Source of the DNA: Octopus vulgaris
Taxonomy: Eukaryota
NCBI GenBank assembly: GCA_951406725.2
Contig: OX597818.1
Span: 84,754,001 to 84,818,000 of the forward strand
Length of the DNA: 64,000 bases
Reading direction: 5' to 3'
In this document: piece after piece, positions 25,196 to 38,593 of the stretch
How positions within the stretch are numbered: position 1 is the stretch's first letter
Layout: the number at the start of each line of letters is the position of its first letter
Notes under the pieces: model-generated
What the model was told of the DNA's origin: nothing
Seen by the model: the letters and a program-made list of their open reading frames with translations, nothing else
The model's database searches: none
Program-made: the position numbers and the translations under genes

Positions 25196-27160
25196 GCAAC
25201 AACAACAATAGTAACAACAGCACCAACAACAACAACAACAACAAGCCAGCAAGGAAGCCTTACGTGGCCGCGATTGCGGTCTTACCTCTTGCTAGAAATA
25301 ACTAGCAAATCTCCCTCAAAGTACATCCTACCGTTAAAAAGGGACATATTGGAAAATGCAATTCGAGTTAGACTCTGCTTGAGCAAGAAAGATTGGGTGG
25401 CCCTGGTTAGAACATTTTTGATCATAGAGCTTTTCAATCAGAGCTGACCTGGGGAAGAGCAAGAAAAATAATGAAAGAAGCTAGGTCGATTTCAATGAAT
25501 GAAATGAGGACTAAATATCAAGGCAGAATTTGTACATATTTCCTGTCTTTATATGATTCTCTTACCGTGCTTAAACAGTGCTATAGACAGACTCCCTGTT
25601 TCCCCCTTATTCTAATCTTTACTCCTTCCTTTTCCTACTTACAAACTCCCATAAACACATACACAAATCTCACACAATTTTTCTTCATTATGTTCAAATA
25701 CACACACACATCCACTTACTTTCTTTCTCATTCTCTGACTTTCTCCTCCTCTCTTCCTCTTTCTCTCTCTCTCTTTCTTTCTTTCTCTCTCGCTCTTCTC
25801 GCTTATCAATATCTCTGCTTCTCACTCTTTCTCTACTGCTCTCGTTTTTCTATCTCTTCTTGCTTCTCTTGGCGTCTCTTTTGATGCATCTCTCTCTTCC
25901 TTCTCCTTCATCCTTTCTCTCTCTCTCTCTTTCTCTCTCTCTGCTGACATTGTCTATCTTTCTTGCATTCACACATGCATCTCTCATCTTGCATTCACAC
26001 AAACATCTTCCATGCTTTTCTCCATTCCTCTTTCTTACTCTCAACTTCTTCCCCTATCTTTTACCTACATACAAACAACATCCAGATTGGACATCAACGC
26101 ACCCGAAAACCGCTGCTCACACAAGAAACTGAGATTCTACTGAGATCCATTCACTTGTACATTTATAAAAAACAAAAAGAAAAAGACTGCTGAAGACAAA
26201 ATCAAGACAGCATATTGGCTTGCCACACATAGCTTCATAGTAAGCGCAAACGTAGTGGCCAAGAATGAAAACCATCGACCTAGCAGAAAACTATAGACAC
26301 ACGCTTGATTAAACAATATGTTTAAGCTTTACACAAAATGTCGCAAACCAATTCCTCCAAGACCATTGCGAGTCCAACTAAGTAGTGAATGGCTAATGAG
26401 CAGCGAAGTAGAGAGAAGAGAGTCTGTGAATGTACCGAATCGTTTCCAGTTAATAAATCTACGCTCTCTTATGTGAAGAAGAAAAACCAGATTGTAGAAG
26501 TGGTGCGACAATATAGTTTAATTACAAAAGGACGTTGGACATTATTCCCCACTAATGGCTGATGGGATTACTGCGTTTGGCAAAAGTAACGGCTGTCTTA
26601 ATTGCTATCATTGAAATACTTCCACAAAATTGGTCAAGCTTGTAACTGAAAGAAGAACAATTGTTCCTGAAGCTGGGAATCTTTCAAAAGGAATATTTCA
26701 AGAAGTATGATTGTCTAGGGTTCTCCTTATTTTTGACACTAAGCCAAGTGTCATTTTTGTATTTGGTTTGCAAGGTTCTTGATGTGAAGTTCTGAGTCGA
26801 AATTTTTTTTTGTTGTATGTGGTGGGGATCACTATATCAATTATTAAACACACGTATTGATTCTATTTTATTCTTTATTTTTTACGAACTAGTTAAATAT
26901 TTAACCGGTTAACTGATAGAGTTGTGAAGAAAGGACTGATAAAAAATAACTGATTGATTAAAAGAATGATTAATCAAACAATCGTTTTGTTAAATAGTAA
27001 ACTAATTGAAAATAATAAAGAAGTGAAATAGGATAGGTGCTTGTGTTTATTATTGGCATAATAACCATTTCTTTTAGGAATATCCACTGGTTAATATGAT
27101 AAAGGCAACAGCATCAAAGCACAGCCTTCTGTGTCTTGCTGTTACTTTGCAAGACACAGA

Positions 27161-27440
27161 AGGAGCGTGGCTTAGTGATTATGTATTCGGCTCATGATCG
27201 TAAGGTCATGAGTTCGATTCCTAGTGGCACGTTGTGTCCTAGAGCAAGGCACGTTATTTCACGTGGATCCAGTTCACTCAGCTGGAAAAATCAGTTTTGT
27301 CACATTCTGTGCTACGTTGAATCTCCCTGAGAACTATGTTAAGAGTACGCATGTTTGCGGAGTACTCAGCCACGATCAATTTCATGATCATACTGTTCTA
27401 TTGATTGATCAAGAGGAACCTCATCATCGTAACCGACGGA
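27161..27440 (+). mobile_element. tRNA-derived SINE family C (V-domain-like core)
   Basis: A box TGGCTTAGTG, B box GAGTTCGATTCC, then GTGTCCTAGAGCAAGGCAC...CCAGTTCACTCAGCTGG; related copy at ~58890-59120. Confidence 0.65.
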
Positions 27441-27567
27441 ATGCCAGCTTTTGCTTTAATACAGATTCTGTGCAATCATTTAATCTGATAGACATAGCAA
27501 TCTCATTCATTCCCTTAGTGACCTAATATCTTGCTATGTAGGTACATAATTGAGAATATAACCAAAT

Positions 27568-28100
27568 ATCCATCCATTCATCCATCCATCCATCCGTCCG
27601 TCTTCTCCGTCTGCTATTTTTGAGAAGGTCGTAGGGGTAGAGTCTTCAGGATCAAAGGATCCTATCAGAAGTATTAAGCTTTCCAGCTGAATTCCTTAGC
27701 ATGACCAACTGAGATTATGAATAATATCCAGCCATCTTGTTCTTGGTCTATCCTTGGGTCTTCTGCCGGTTCGCTCGGTTAGATGAATCTGTCTTGTGAT
27801 TCGCCCCTGTGATATTCTAATCACATGTCCATGGTCCCAGGGCGGTGACTTCTCAATGCAAAGAAGTAGCTGCGAGACCTGGAGAGTCTCCCTGACATCC
27901 GAGCTACACGCCCTGTCGAGTAACATCACTACAAAGATCCTTCTGTAGAACACCGTTTCGGCTGCTTGTATTCGCGGTCGTACCCTTTCGGTGCTTACCC
28001 AACATTTGTAGCCATTGATGAAATTAGGCACAAGAACCGATTTGAAGACAAATAGTTTGGTTGTTACACCAACCTCTCTCGTTTCACCTAGATTATCCAA
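27568..28100 (-). pseudogene. RTE-clade (Expander/Rex3-like) LINE 3' fragment with (TGGA)n tail
   Basis: RIQAAETVFYRRI...GHVIRISQGRITRQI...GRRPKDRPRTRWLD; CATC repeats at the 3' end. Confidence 0.8.
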
Positions 28101-29340
28101 GGTACATTAGATCTCAGATCAAAAATACAAGTTGGTTGCAGCTAGAACTCTTGATAATGGTCTACTCGATCAGAGTCGAATAATGGCTAACAGCAACAAC
28201 GACGACAACGACAACGATAATAACAATGACAACAACAGTAACAACAATTTATAAGATCCCCGTCGGTCATGAATGACCATGGGATTGCACCTAGAGAATT
28301 ACCCACCCATGCACAAGTCCGGGCAAGGTTGTTTATGGAAGACCAGTATTTGCCCAAGCATACCGGCCTCCCCTCTCTTATATTTTTTAATTTTTAATAT
28401 TTTTTATTTTTTTACTTATTTTTTTTGTCTGTATGTAAGCATTTAGATATGTAAATAAACAGATCAACATACAGACGGATAGGTACATAGGTTACAAGAA
28501 CAGACACATATGGAGACACGGATCCACACATATAATGATGCACATCCATACATACAAACATGGTACATAGTTACATAACACACACACACACACACACACA
28601 GATATGCACACACAAGGAGACAGAGGTGCATACATATACAAACACATGCTCACACACACATATATAGAAAATATACAAACACGGACAGGCAAGCAAATAA
28701 ATATGCAGGATACATACATACAGATGTACACACATACATACATATGCATACACACACATATATACATACATACACATGCAAACACACACACACATACATA
28801 CGTACATGTATGCATGTATAGGCACACACACACAGATCCACACACATGCGCACAAACAAACAAAAGGGAACGCAGTGTAAATAACGGACAGAGTCAAGAC
28901 TATTGAAAAGGTTGCAAGACGCAACGAAAATTTCAGATAATAAAAAATAAGAAATAAGTGGAAATTTTACCGGTGAGAGTGTGTTAAATAATAAGGCACT
29001 AAAAGAGAATGACTCTCCCCAGACACAACAGTATATATATATAGTACATCGATAATAATAATCCCTCAGTCTGCTTTACAAATATTTTGTACATATTTTC
29101 CAGTACATAATTTCGCTAAATTCCTCACTATCTAGGGTTTCGTTTTCCCGAGGAATTGTTATTCGTGATAGTTTTCTTTCTTTTCAAGAGGAATCACTGG
29201 TTTGTAATAGCTCTACCGTCATAGACGCTGAATAGGAATCCGCGTTGATTTCCAAGGAATCCTAAGAGTCTGCCAAATATTAAAGGGTGTGTTTTTGCAC
29301 TGTTTTGTTTTTCATATACCTTAGCGGGGGGAAAAAACAA

Positions 29341-29548
29341 CATTCATAACCCATTATTTACATTGGACAGATATGTGTCCTCATCTTGTTTGTTGTTACA
29401 ACAGCGTTTCCGTTGATTTACTCTTCGGCCTTCATCAGGTGTTCTGGTAGAATTTTGAACCCAACGAACAAGATGAGGACACATATCCGTCCAATGTAAA
29501 TAATGTACAGAATTCCACATCTCTAAAATATAGAACATCCATAACCCA
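29341..29548 (-). mobile_element. Small hammerhead-bearing inverted-repeat element
   Basis: 44-bp inverted arms 29352-29395 / 29462-29505; degenerate hammerhead CTGATGA...GAAACG on the minus strand at 29401-29443; CATYCATAACCCA direct repeats at the ends. Confidence 0.65.
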
Positions 29549-29659
29549 TGTCAGGGTACAGCGAATCTTATCGGGCAATATTTGGGCTGAAAAAAGCGAC
29601 TATCATATTAGCAAAGGCATAAAACTTATATTAACTCACACTCACATCTTATGTATATT

Positions 29660-29872
29660 GGTTTCAAATTTTGGTACGAGGCCAGCAAATTCGAGTGATG
29701 AGATGAGTCGATGGCATCGACCTCCGTGTTTAAATGGTACTTATTTTATTGACCCCGAAAAAGTGAAGGGCAAAATCGACCGTGGCGAAATTTGAACTCA
29801 GAGTGTAAACAAGGACGAAATGCTGTTAAGCATTTTGCCCGGTGTAGTAACGATTCTGCCAACTCGCCGCTT
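29660..29872 (-). mobile_element. SINE family B, full length
   Basis: Minus strand AAGCGGCGAGTTGGCAGAATCGTTAC...CTGAGTTCAAATTTCGCCACGGTCGATTTTGCC. Confidence 0.8.
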
Positions 29873-29998
29873 TAAATTACGTGTTCATTAAATGATATTT
29901 ATCTCTCACTTGATGGAGCACTTTTTGTTGATGCCACCAACAATGGAACAATATATTACATACTTACATGTACGTATATATGTATGCATATATCATAT

Positions 29999-30037
<39 letters not shown>

Positions 30038-30250
30038 GGAAGAATTCACAAAAAAAAAACAAAAGACGAAGACAGGTGGTGTAGACAACAAACAGATGTA
30101 TTAGTATAACGCTCGAGAAGTGTAAAAGTCTTTAACGTTTCGAGCCTACGCTCTTTCACAGAAAGGAACACAGAAAGAAACAAGGAGAGAAAATAAATAA
30201 TGAATAGTGACCAGCGATCTATCATGGCGAATATATATATATATTCGCCA

Positions 30251-30252
<2 letters not shown>
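30038..30252 (-). mobile_element. (TA)n-anchored ~200-bp PLE-terminus-like repeat with variant hammerhead (30130-30165)
   Basis: Near-identical to 46363-46552; minus strand CTTT-CTGTGAA-A-GAGC gtag GCTC-GAAA-CG-TT-AAAG. Confidence 0.7.
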
Positions 30253-30311
<59 letters not shown>

Positions 30312-30679
30312 TGTATACATGTGGGAGGTTGTATCTATATACACAAAATGTAAACACAGATATGCAAAACATGGTGAAAAAATAGCACTCGACTTCCAAA
30401 TTCAGTAATTTATTGAAGCAAGATGAAACGATTGCACACACTGCTATGCAGGTTTTCGCATAACTCGCTCCGTAAGTATCTAGACTGTCTGACGGTCGGT
30501 TACTTTAAACTCTGAGTAACAGTTTGCGAATTATTTTCAACTTCAGTAAAATAGTATATTGTTATATAGATATAATATAGACATATGCAAGTATATATGT
30601 ATGTATGTATATGCATATAAAATTATACATACATATATGTATACACAACACACACACACACATACACACACATATTTAT

Positions 30680-30928
30680 ATGTACAGTGTACATTTAAAC
30701 ACATAAGAGGTATCCGTCATAGGATTCCTGGTACGCTAGAAGGAACAGCCAAAGTCCAAACCACTATTAGGGATGAAACTTCGAAGGGAATGAAAAATAA
30801 AAACATTTACCATCTATCATTGGACCATGGCTTCTGACGGTTTTTAGCAAATAAAATAATTTGCCAGGTGAAGTCTACACGGTAGGCCACTGGTAGTAAA
30901 AATTTCTAAAATCTTAATTACCATCATA

Positions 30929-30930
<2 letters not shown>
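30680..30930. mobile_element. Degenerate relative of the MITE at 62941-63510
   Basis: Shares TGTACATTTAAACACA, TTTTTAGCAAATAAAATAATT and GGTAGGCCACTGGTAGT. Confidence 0.6.
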
Positions 30931-30964
<34 letters not shown>

Positions 30965-30996
30965 GATCAAAATAAAAACATGATGCGAAGGATTCA

Positions 30997-31074
30997 GCGG
31001 TACATATGTTTCGGGCCTTTATTAGACAGATTTATAACAATGCATAATGTATGTCTGTGGCCTTCTTCAGCCGC
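30997..31074 (-). ncRNA. Type I hammerhead ribozyme in the PLE pseudo-LTR (same sense as the ORF)
   Basis: GCGG-CTGAAGA-aGGCC...GGCCc-GAAA-CATATG-TA-CCGC. Confidence 0.85.
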
Positions 31075-32752
31075 GCACAACAGCTTCCACAAGGACATGT
31101 GTTACATCAAAAATTCTTGGTTGGGGATGCAAATCCTCTCATTCGCGTACGACATAATGCGGCAGCAGCATAGAATTGAAGCGTCCATCTCTTTCTTCTC
31201 TCAATGTAGAATGAGGAAATTTGGATGTTGAAGTAATGTAAATAAAAAATGTATAAGAAGTGTAAGTATAGAAAAATATAAAAATGCAGAGCATAAAGAT
31301 ATAAAGAGATATAAGGAGATGTAAAGGGGGTATAAAGAATATAAAGAAATATAAAGAAATATAAATAAATGTAAAGGCATAAGGTTATAAAGTAAAAATA
31401 GAAATAGAAATAAAAGTAAAAAGAGGTCAGGAGATTGATAAAATTTAGTTGTAGAAGTTTTGGGTGTCAATAAATCAACAGTTTCGTCTGGGGACCTAAT
31501 GTGTTGTAAATCAGAGCTGTTGAGCGTTTAATCTGGTTCTTTGAATTAATTGGTCATCTAGTACATACATACCATCATGGATACATACACCCATATACAC
31601 GCGTACATATACGCCTCCAAGCCTATAAGCATACACACGCACTCGCGTGTAAACATGTACATAAACACACACACACCCACACGCACGCGCGTACATATAC
31701 ATACATACAACGAAATATCCGCATGTATACACGGACACTATACGTGTACACACCCATATGTACATACGTGCGCCCATCCCTACATACACATACGCATATG
31801 CCCACGCTTCCAGGTTTAGATATAAGATATTAAAGGATGTATATAAGAACGTATGTAAAGAATCACGCACTCACGTCTACACGTGCACGCACACACGGCT
31901 GTGTGTCCATATGTGCGTGCACATATACACTTACATACACACACAGAGACATACGCGCATATGGGTATAGCTATAAGATATTAAAAGATGTATACAAATA
32001 GGTGTAAACATATGAATATAAGAAAACATGTAAAAAAAAGAAATACGGGGTATGTACATCCAGACGTAGATGTTTACTCGTACATATGTACATATATGTA
32101 TACGTATACATACGTACACGGACGCTCGTATAATCATAAAGTGGATCCATAGGTAAGTAAATAAGGGATAAGCAAAAAAAATAGACATATATAGAGATGT
32201 AAAGCGATAAGTTAGGGGTAAGAATGAGGGTAAGGGTAAAAATTAGAAATAAAAGTAAGAAATACAGTATAAAATAAGAAATACAATGTAATAGTTAGAA
32301 ATAAAATATAAAAATTATAAAAATTATAAGAGTTAAGGTAAGGGATGAAAATAAAAATGAGAATAAATGGAAGTAGAATAAAAGTAAAAATAAAAGTAAA
32401 AAAATAAAATAAGATAAAAATATAATTTGGTAAAGTTTAACATGAGATGAAGGTGGTTGAAAGTTAGAGGTGTGTGTTAAAGGTGCCCACGTAGGGGCGG
32501 GCGGGGGGAACTGAAAATTGGAAGGGTGGGAAGTGGAGTTTGGCGGTGTGCGTTCAACATCCGAGTTAGAAATGTGAAAGGGTATAGATATAGGGAAATA
32601 AAGAGACTATATAGGAAGGATATGGGTGTAGGAGAAGAAATATGTAGGGAAAAGAAGTCATATATGGGAGACAAAATTTGTATATATAGGAGGAAAATGT
32701 AGGGAAACATATATGCACATACACACACCCACACACACACACACACACGCAC

Positions 32753-32786
<34 letters not shown>

Positions 32787-32921
32787 GTACATATATGTGC
32801 ACATACATATATATACGCACACATATACGCACATACATGCACATATAGGAAAGCGGGATGTGCTGGAGCCGACAGGTTGCACCGGGTGGGAGGAAATTGC
32901 ATGGGGGAGTTGGTATACAAC

Positions 32922-33704
32922 CTAAGCTTTGTAGTATTTGAAAGTATTAATAAGTTTGTGTATACAGGATGGTTTGAACTCTGACCTTTTGTTAATAAGA
33001 TTGTGTTTGTCTTTGAATTTCAAGATGTTCAGGAGTTCTACACAACATAGTTGGCATCCTGCTCTATTATTTAAATAAGGTGCAGCTGATCCGATGATGG
33101 ACCACCTGAGTTTGAAGCCTATGCATTTGTCTTTTAATTCCCAAATTCTTTTAGAAAGGGAGGTGCTGTTAGCCTTATGTCTGTGTTTCAGCGAGGACCG
33201 GTGGTTGTAGTATCTGGATTTCCAGGAGGTTGAGCAACCTATGTAGGTGAGTGTGTTAAACTGGGTACTCACCTCACATGAATATATTACGTTTTTCGCC
33301 CTACATGCGCCCTGCAGCGGGCACTCTGATGCACATCTGCAGTTGCATTGCATTGCATTATTCGGTCGTGTGCTGCTAATCCCAGGCGGAGGTGTTGCAA
33401 TACGAGTGGGGGCGTTGATATCCTCCTGGTTGTTGATGGGTGTAGTATTTCCTCTGTTGTGTTGGCGGGTGTTATTACTAACTGTTTGGGTAGTATGGCT
33501 GCCAGTCTGGTTATATTGTCTACTATCTAGATGAGGGGGGTTCTGTTGGTCGCTATAGTTTGCTCTTGATCTAGCTGTTCTAATATTAATATAGTTATGT
33601 TTAGCTATGAGGCAGCTCATGTTGGGCAGGGTAGAGTAGGAAATCCTAATGATTTTGTTGGAGAAGATACTTCTATACTTGTGGGTGGGTGGGAAGTTGT
33701 TGGA
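32922..33704 (-). CDS. PLE C-terminal GIY-YIG endonuclease (open, 5'-truncated)
   Basis: NNFPPTHKYRSIFSNKIIRISYSTLPNM linker; CNCRCASECPLQGAC; NVIY...TYIG; RYYNH; CQLCCVE...LINKRSEFKPSCIH. Confidence 0.9.
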   Translation of the reverse strand, partial: SNNFPPTHKYRSIFSNKIIRISYSTLPNMSCLIAKHNYINIRTARSRANYSDQQNPPHLDSRQYNQTGSHTTQTVSNNTRQHNRGNTTPINNQEDINAPTRIATPPPGISSTRPNNAMQCNCRCASECPLQGACRAKNVIYSCEVSTQFNTLTYIGCSTSWKSRYYNHRSSLKHRHKANSTSLSKRIWELKDKCIGFKLRWSIIGSAAPYLNNRAGCQLCCVELLNILKFKDKHNLINKRSEFKPSCIHKLINTFKYYKA

Positions 33705-35076
33705 ACATTGTATTTCTTATTTTATACTGTATTTCTTACTTTTATTTCTAATTTTTACCCTTACCCTCATTCTTACCCCTAACTTATCGCTTTACATCTC
33801 TATATATGTCTATTTTTTTTGCTTATCCCTTATTTACTTACCTATGGATCCACTTTATGATTATACGAGCATCCGTGTACGTATGTATACGTATACATAT
33901 ATGTACATATGTACGAGTAAACATCTACGTCTGGATGTACATACCCCGTATTTCTTTTTTTTACATGTTTTCTTATATTCATATGTTTACACCTATTTGT
34001 ATACATCTTTTAATATCTTATAGCTATACCCATATGCGCGTATGTCTCTGTGTGTGTATGTAAGTGTATATGTGCACGCACATATGGACACACAGCCGTG
34101 TGTGCGTGCACGTGTAGACGTGAGTGCGTGATTCTTTACATACGTTCTTATATACATCCTTTAATATCTTATATCTAAACCTGGAAGCGTGGGCATATGC
34201 GTATGTGTATGTAGGGATGGGCGCACGTATGTACATATGGGTGTGTACACGTATAGTGTCCGTGTATACATGCGGATATTTCGTTGTATGTATGTATATG
34301 TACGCGCGTGCGTGTGGGTGTGTGTGTGTTTATGTACATGTTTACACTCGAGTGCGTGTGTATGCTTATAGGCTTGGAGGCGTATATGTACGCGTGTATA
34401 TGGGTGTATGTATCCATGATGGTATGTATGTACTAGATGACCAATTAATTCAAAGAACCAGATTAAACGCTCAACAGCTCTGATTTACAACACATTAGGT
34501 CCCCAGACGAAACTGTTGATTTATTGACACCCAAAACTTCTACAACTAAATTTTATCAATCTCCTGACCACCATGTTTGGTCCGTAACCTCTATACATCC
34601 CTTATCTTTATATTTTTTTATATTTTTTTACATTTTTATCATGTTTATTCCTATCTTTATTTTTTTACCTTTTACTTTTATTTCTATTTCTATTTTTACT
34701 TTATAACCTTATGCCTTTACATTTATTTATATTTCTTTATATTTCTTTATATTCTTTATACCCCCTTTATATCTCCTTATATCTCTTTATATCTTTATGC
34801 TCTGCATTTTTATATTTTTCTATACTTACACATTTTATACATTTTTTATCCCTCGTCCTGAATTCTCGCCCCTCCATCTTCACGTCTATATATGTATTCA
34901 TTTATTTATTTACATTACTTCAACATCCAAATTTCCTCATTCTACATTGAGAGAAGAAAGAGATGGACGCTTCAGTTCTATGCTGCTGCCGCATTATGTC
35001 GTACGCGAATGAGAGGATTTGCATCCCCAACCAAGAATTTTTGATGTAACACATGTCCTTGTGGAAGCTGTTGTGC

Positions 35077-35154
35077 GCGGCTGAAGAAGGCCACAGACAT
35101 ACATTATGCATTGTTATAAATCTGTCTAATAAAGGCCCGAAACATATGTACCGC
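35077..35154 (+). ncRNA. Type I hammerhead ribozyme (inverted pseudo-LTR copy)
   Basis: Stem I GCGG 35077-80 / CCGC 35151-54; CTGAAGA 35081-87; GAAA 35139-42; palindromic stem III ACATATGT; GUA site. Confidence 0.85.
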
Positions 35155-35256
35155 TGAATCCTTCGCATCATGTTTTTATTTTGATCAATTTACTCCACTA
35201 CCTACACCACCAAACGGTATACACAGGTGCTTATAATTATCAAGTACTCACCCCGA

Positions 35257-35298
<42 letters not shown>

Positions 35299-35305
35299 AT
35301 GTATA

Positions 35306-35365
<60 letters not shown>

Positions 35366-35980
35366 AGAACAATTAAACAATTTGCCACAATTACCTCCCT
35401 TCACAATACACTTTATACACTGCAGAAAATAGGTTTAAACTAATTTCGCTCACCTTCTCCCTACTCTCTCCCCTTTTCTTCACCCCTCTCTCTATTTCAC
35501 CCTTTCTCTCACCTTTATAATGATTTATTTTTTATATGTTTTTTTAACTAATTGGTCCTATTTTTTTAACTGAATATTTTAGTTACGTGTACAGACTCAC
35601 CATTTTTTCTTGTCGTTGTTTCTACTGTTGTTGTTTCTTTTTACTGTTTTTTTTTTCGGCGGAACTCAAGAGGTATAAAATATACAATATTAATGAAAAT
35701 TCAAAATTATTATTTAATGTTACCATGGCAATGGACTGCCTTATAATCTACTATGATTTCCATAGAGATCACAATTTCAGCATTTCATTCAGCTACAAAC
35801 ATTCCAGGCTTATTTTTATCACCCCTGTATTTTTGTTAATATATTTCTCTTTTCTTTTCTTTTTATTGATTAAATTTTATTTTTTTTTTATTTATTTATT
35901 TTAACACATTACTTCGTTTATTTTTATTGATTTTTCATTACGTTTTCATAGTTTTATTTTTAAAATATTCTCTCTTTCTT

Positions 35981-36011
<31 letters not shown>

Positions 36012-36062
36012 TATCGCTTATATATATATACATATATATATATAATCATATATACATATGCA

Positions 36063-36136
<74 letters not shown>

Positions 36137-36772
36137 TATATGTATGCATATATATATATATATATGTATACGTATACATTTATTCATATGGCGGCGTGTT
36201 TTACTTCTCTTTGTATACACACGCGCGCGCGCACGCACACATATATGAGGTGAGCGATTGCGCGTCCGTGTGTATATCTGTGTGTGGTTGTTTTCTCTTT
36301 CCACTAACAGCATCCATTTTCGAAGTCAACTAAAATATATTTTTATTTCGGTTTTTACGTTCTTAATTTATTTCTAAAAGCCAATCATTTTAGTGTTTCA
36401 CAGCAATAAAATAAAAATGAAAAACTGGAATGAAATAAAAATAATTTTTTTCATTTTTTTGTTGTTTTTCAAGTCGGTTTTTATCATTATTTTTTTTTTT
36501 TTCAATATTTATTTTATCTCTATACTGTTCTTGTTATTGTTGTTGCTGTCTTTTTTAATTGCTTTTTGTTAATTTATATTTTATTTGAATTTTTTATGTG
36601 TGTGGGTGTGGGTGTGCGGGTGTGCATTTGTGTGTGTGTGTTGTGTGTGTGTGTGTGTGTTTGTGTATGGCGAGGGGAGGGAAGCCTTCAATATGGGTTT
36701 TTAATGTTGTTCACCTACAATAGAAAGCGTTTTTAACGTGTTTGTTGTTGTTGTATATGTTGTTGCTGCTGT

Positions 36773-36807
<35 letters not shown>

Positions 36808-37544
36808 TTATTATGAGTTGTATTTTACTTTATCTCACAGAAGAGACTCATCAAAATTTTCTCTGATTAACAGTTTTTAGAAGCTGTTAGCGACATTTAT
36901 ATTCGAATAACAGCGATCGACTTCCTGTCAAATTTCTCGGTTTGGTCGTGTGATAATCAACGTTTGAAAACTTGTTTGTTTTATTTTTTTTTTTTTTTTT
37001 TTTGATTTTTTTTTTCGTAATTTATTTTTCCGTTAAAAAAATAATTTAATAGAAAATTGTAAGTGACTTAGAAATTACACAAATATGAAGGATTAGAGTT
37101 CGTTTGCCGATTTTAAAAGTTTTGTCGTTGTATTAGGGATTTTTTATTATGACTATGTAACTGTGACGTAAATGTGTATGTATTTCTGGATGCATGTGAG
37201 TGCATATATATGCATGTAAATAAGTATACTTTATATCATTATGTGAAACATAGCTATATGTATGCATGCATATTGGTGTGTGTACGTGTGTATTTAGGTG
37301 TTAGGTGTGTATGTAGATTTTGTGTGTGTGTACGTGCGTGCGTGTATGTTTGTGTGCGTATTATCGTATAGGCATGTTTGTGTATACATATGTTTGCATT
37401 TATATGTTTGAAAATGTTTATGTAAATGAGTGTGCGTTTGTGATAGGTGACAAGTAATTCTAAAACCCGTATTTAAACAGGTGATTTCAATCGTGTCAAG
37501 AGGAATGATATATATATACATACATACATACATACACACACAGA

Positions 37545-37585
<41 letters not shown>

Positions 37586-38180
37586 TTAAGTTGAAGCACC
37601 AAGTTTGTCCTGTATTGTCCGTACAGCTCGAAGATAGGTGAATAAAAAGCAAATAAGTCACAAGGACGTCCAGGTATTAGGGTATTACAGCCGTTTCATG
37701 CTGCTCCATTTAATCGATTAATGCAAACATTACATCAATTTGAAATAAACGCTCTCCTCGGATGCATACGACCATATAGATTTCCAACATACACGATACT
37801 TCATTATAATGTTTTAGCAAATTTTTCTTCAGTACTAGAGACTAAAATATTTTGCTACTTTTTGCTATTATTGTAGCAGAATGAATTTAAGGAAAAATAC
37901 CAATAGCTTACTATAATTTAGAGTGGCACAAGGAAATAATGGCGGTCAATAAAGAGGAATGGTGATACACCAACATTCATTTTTATCCTTATCACATTCA
38001 ACAGACCCAACGCATCAAGCAGTCTAAGTCCCTTTAGAATCCCCGTAATGCACTAATACTTGGACACCCTTGTTACTTATTTGCTTCGTATATATATATA
38101 TATATTATAAGGATTTAGAAGCATCGAGTGATATGAAGCAAATTCTTTCTAACAATAGAACTCGAAATAAACACAATTAT

Positions 38181-38262
<82 letters not shown>

Positions 38263-38551
38263 GGTCGAAGGTTGCGCGTAAAACTCGAACCTACATTTTC
38301 GGCAAATATGACAGATATACTAACCGGTACACTAATTGAAGGATTCAATATTTCACTCTCCATTTTTGAAGCTTTGATCTTACCTGCGAGAATTGTGTGT
38401 TGTTTACATTAAAAGGATTTAGAAAGTTCGCGAGTTATCAAGTAAATTATTTTTAACGGTGGAACTCGAAGAAGATAAAGCTATAAACAATATCATATCG
38501 AATATACATGTGTGTGTGTGTAAGTGTGTGTATGTGTGTGTTTGTTTAAGT

Positions 38552-38593
<42 letters not shown>

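Larger units (their letters stand above)
30961..35261 (-). mobile_element. 5'-truncated Penelope-like element with ~1.3-1.5 kb inverted pseudo-LTRs and 71-bp tail, in (TA)n
   Basis: 30961-32289 is the reverse complement of 33705-35190 apart from two indels; GIY-YIG ORF in the spacer; tail 35191-35261; (TA)n on both sides. Confidence 0.92.

Noticed and set aside
27161-27235. tRNA gene
   Set aside because: A and B boxes are present, but it continues into a SINE body with no good cloverleaf
34470-34522. TCAACAG...GAAACTGTTGA as a second (type III) hammerhead
   Set aside because: A stem exists, but the CTGANGA core and a proper NUH site are missing
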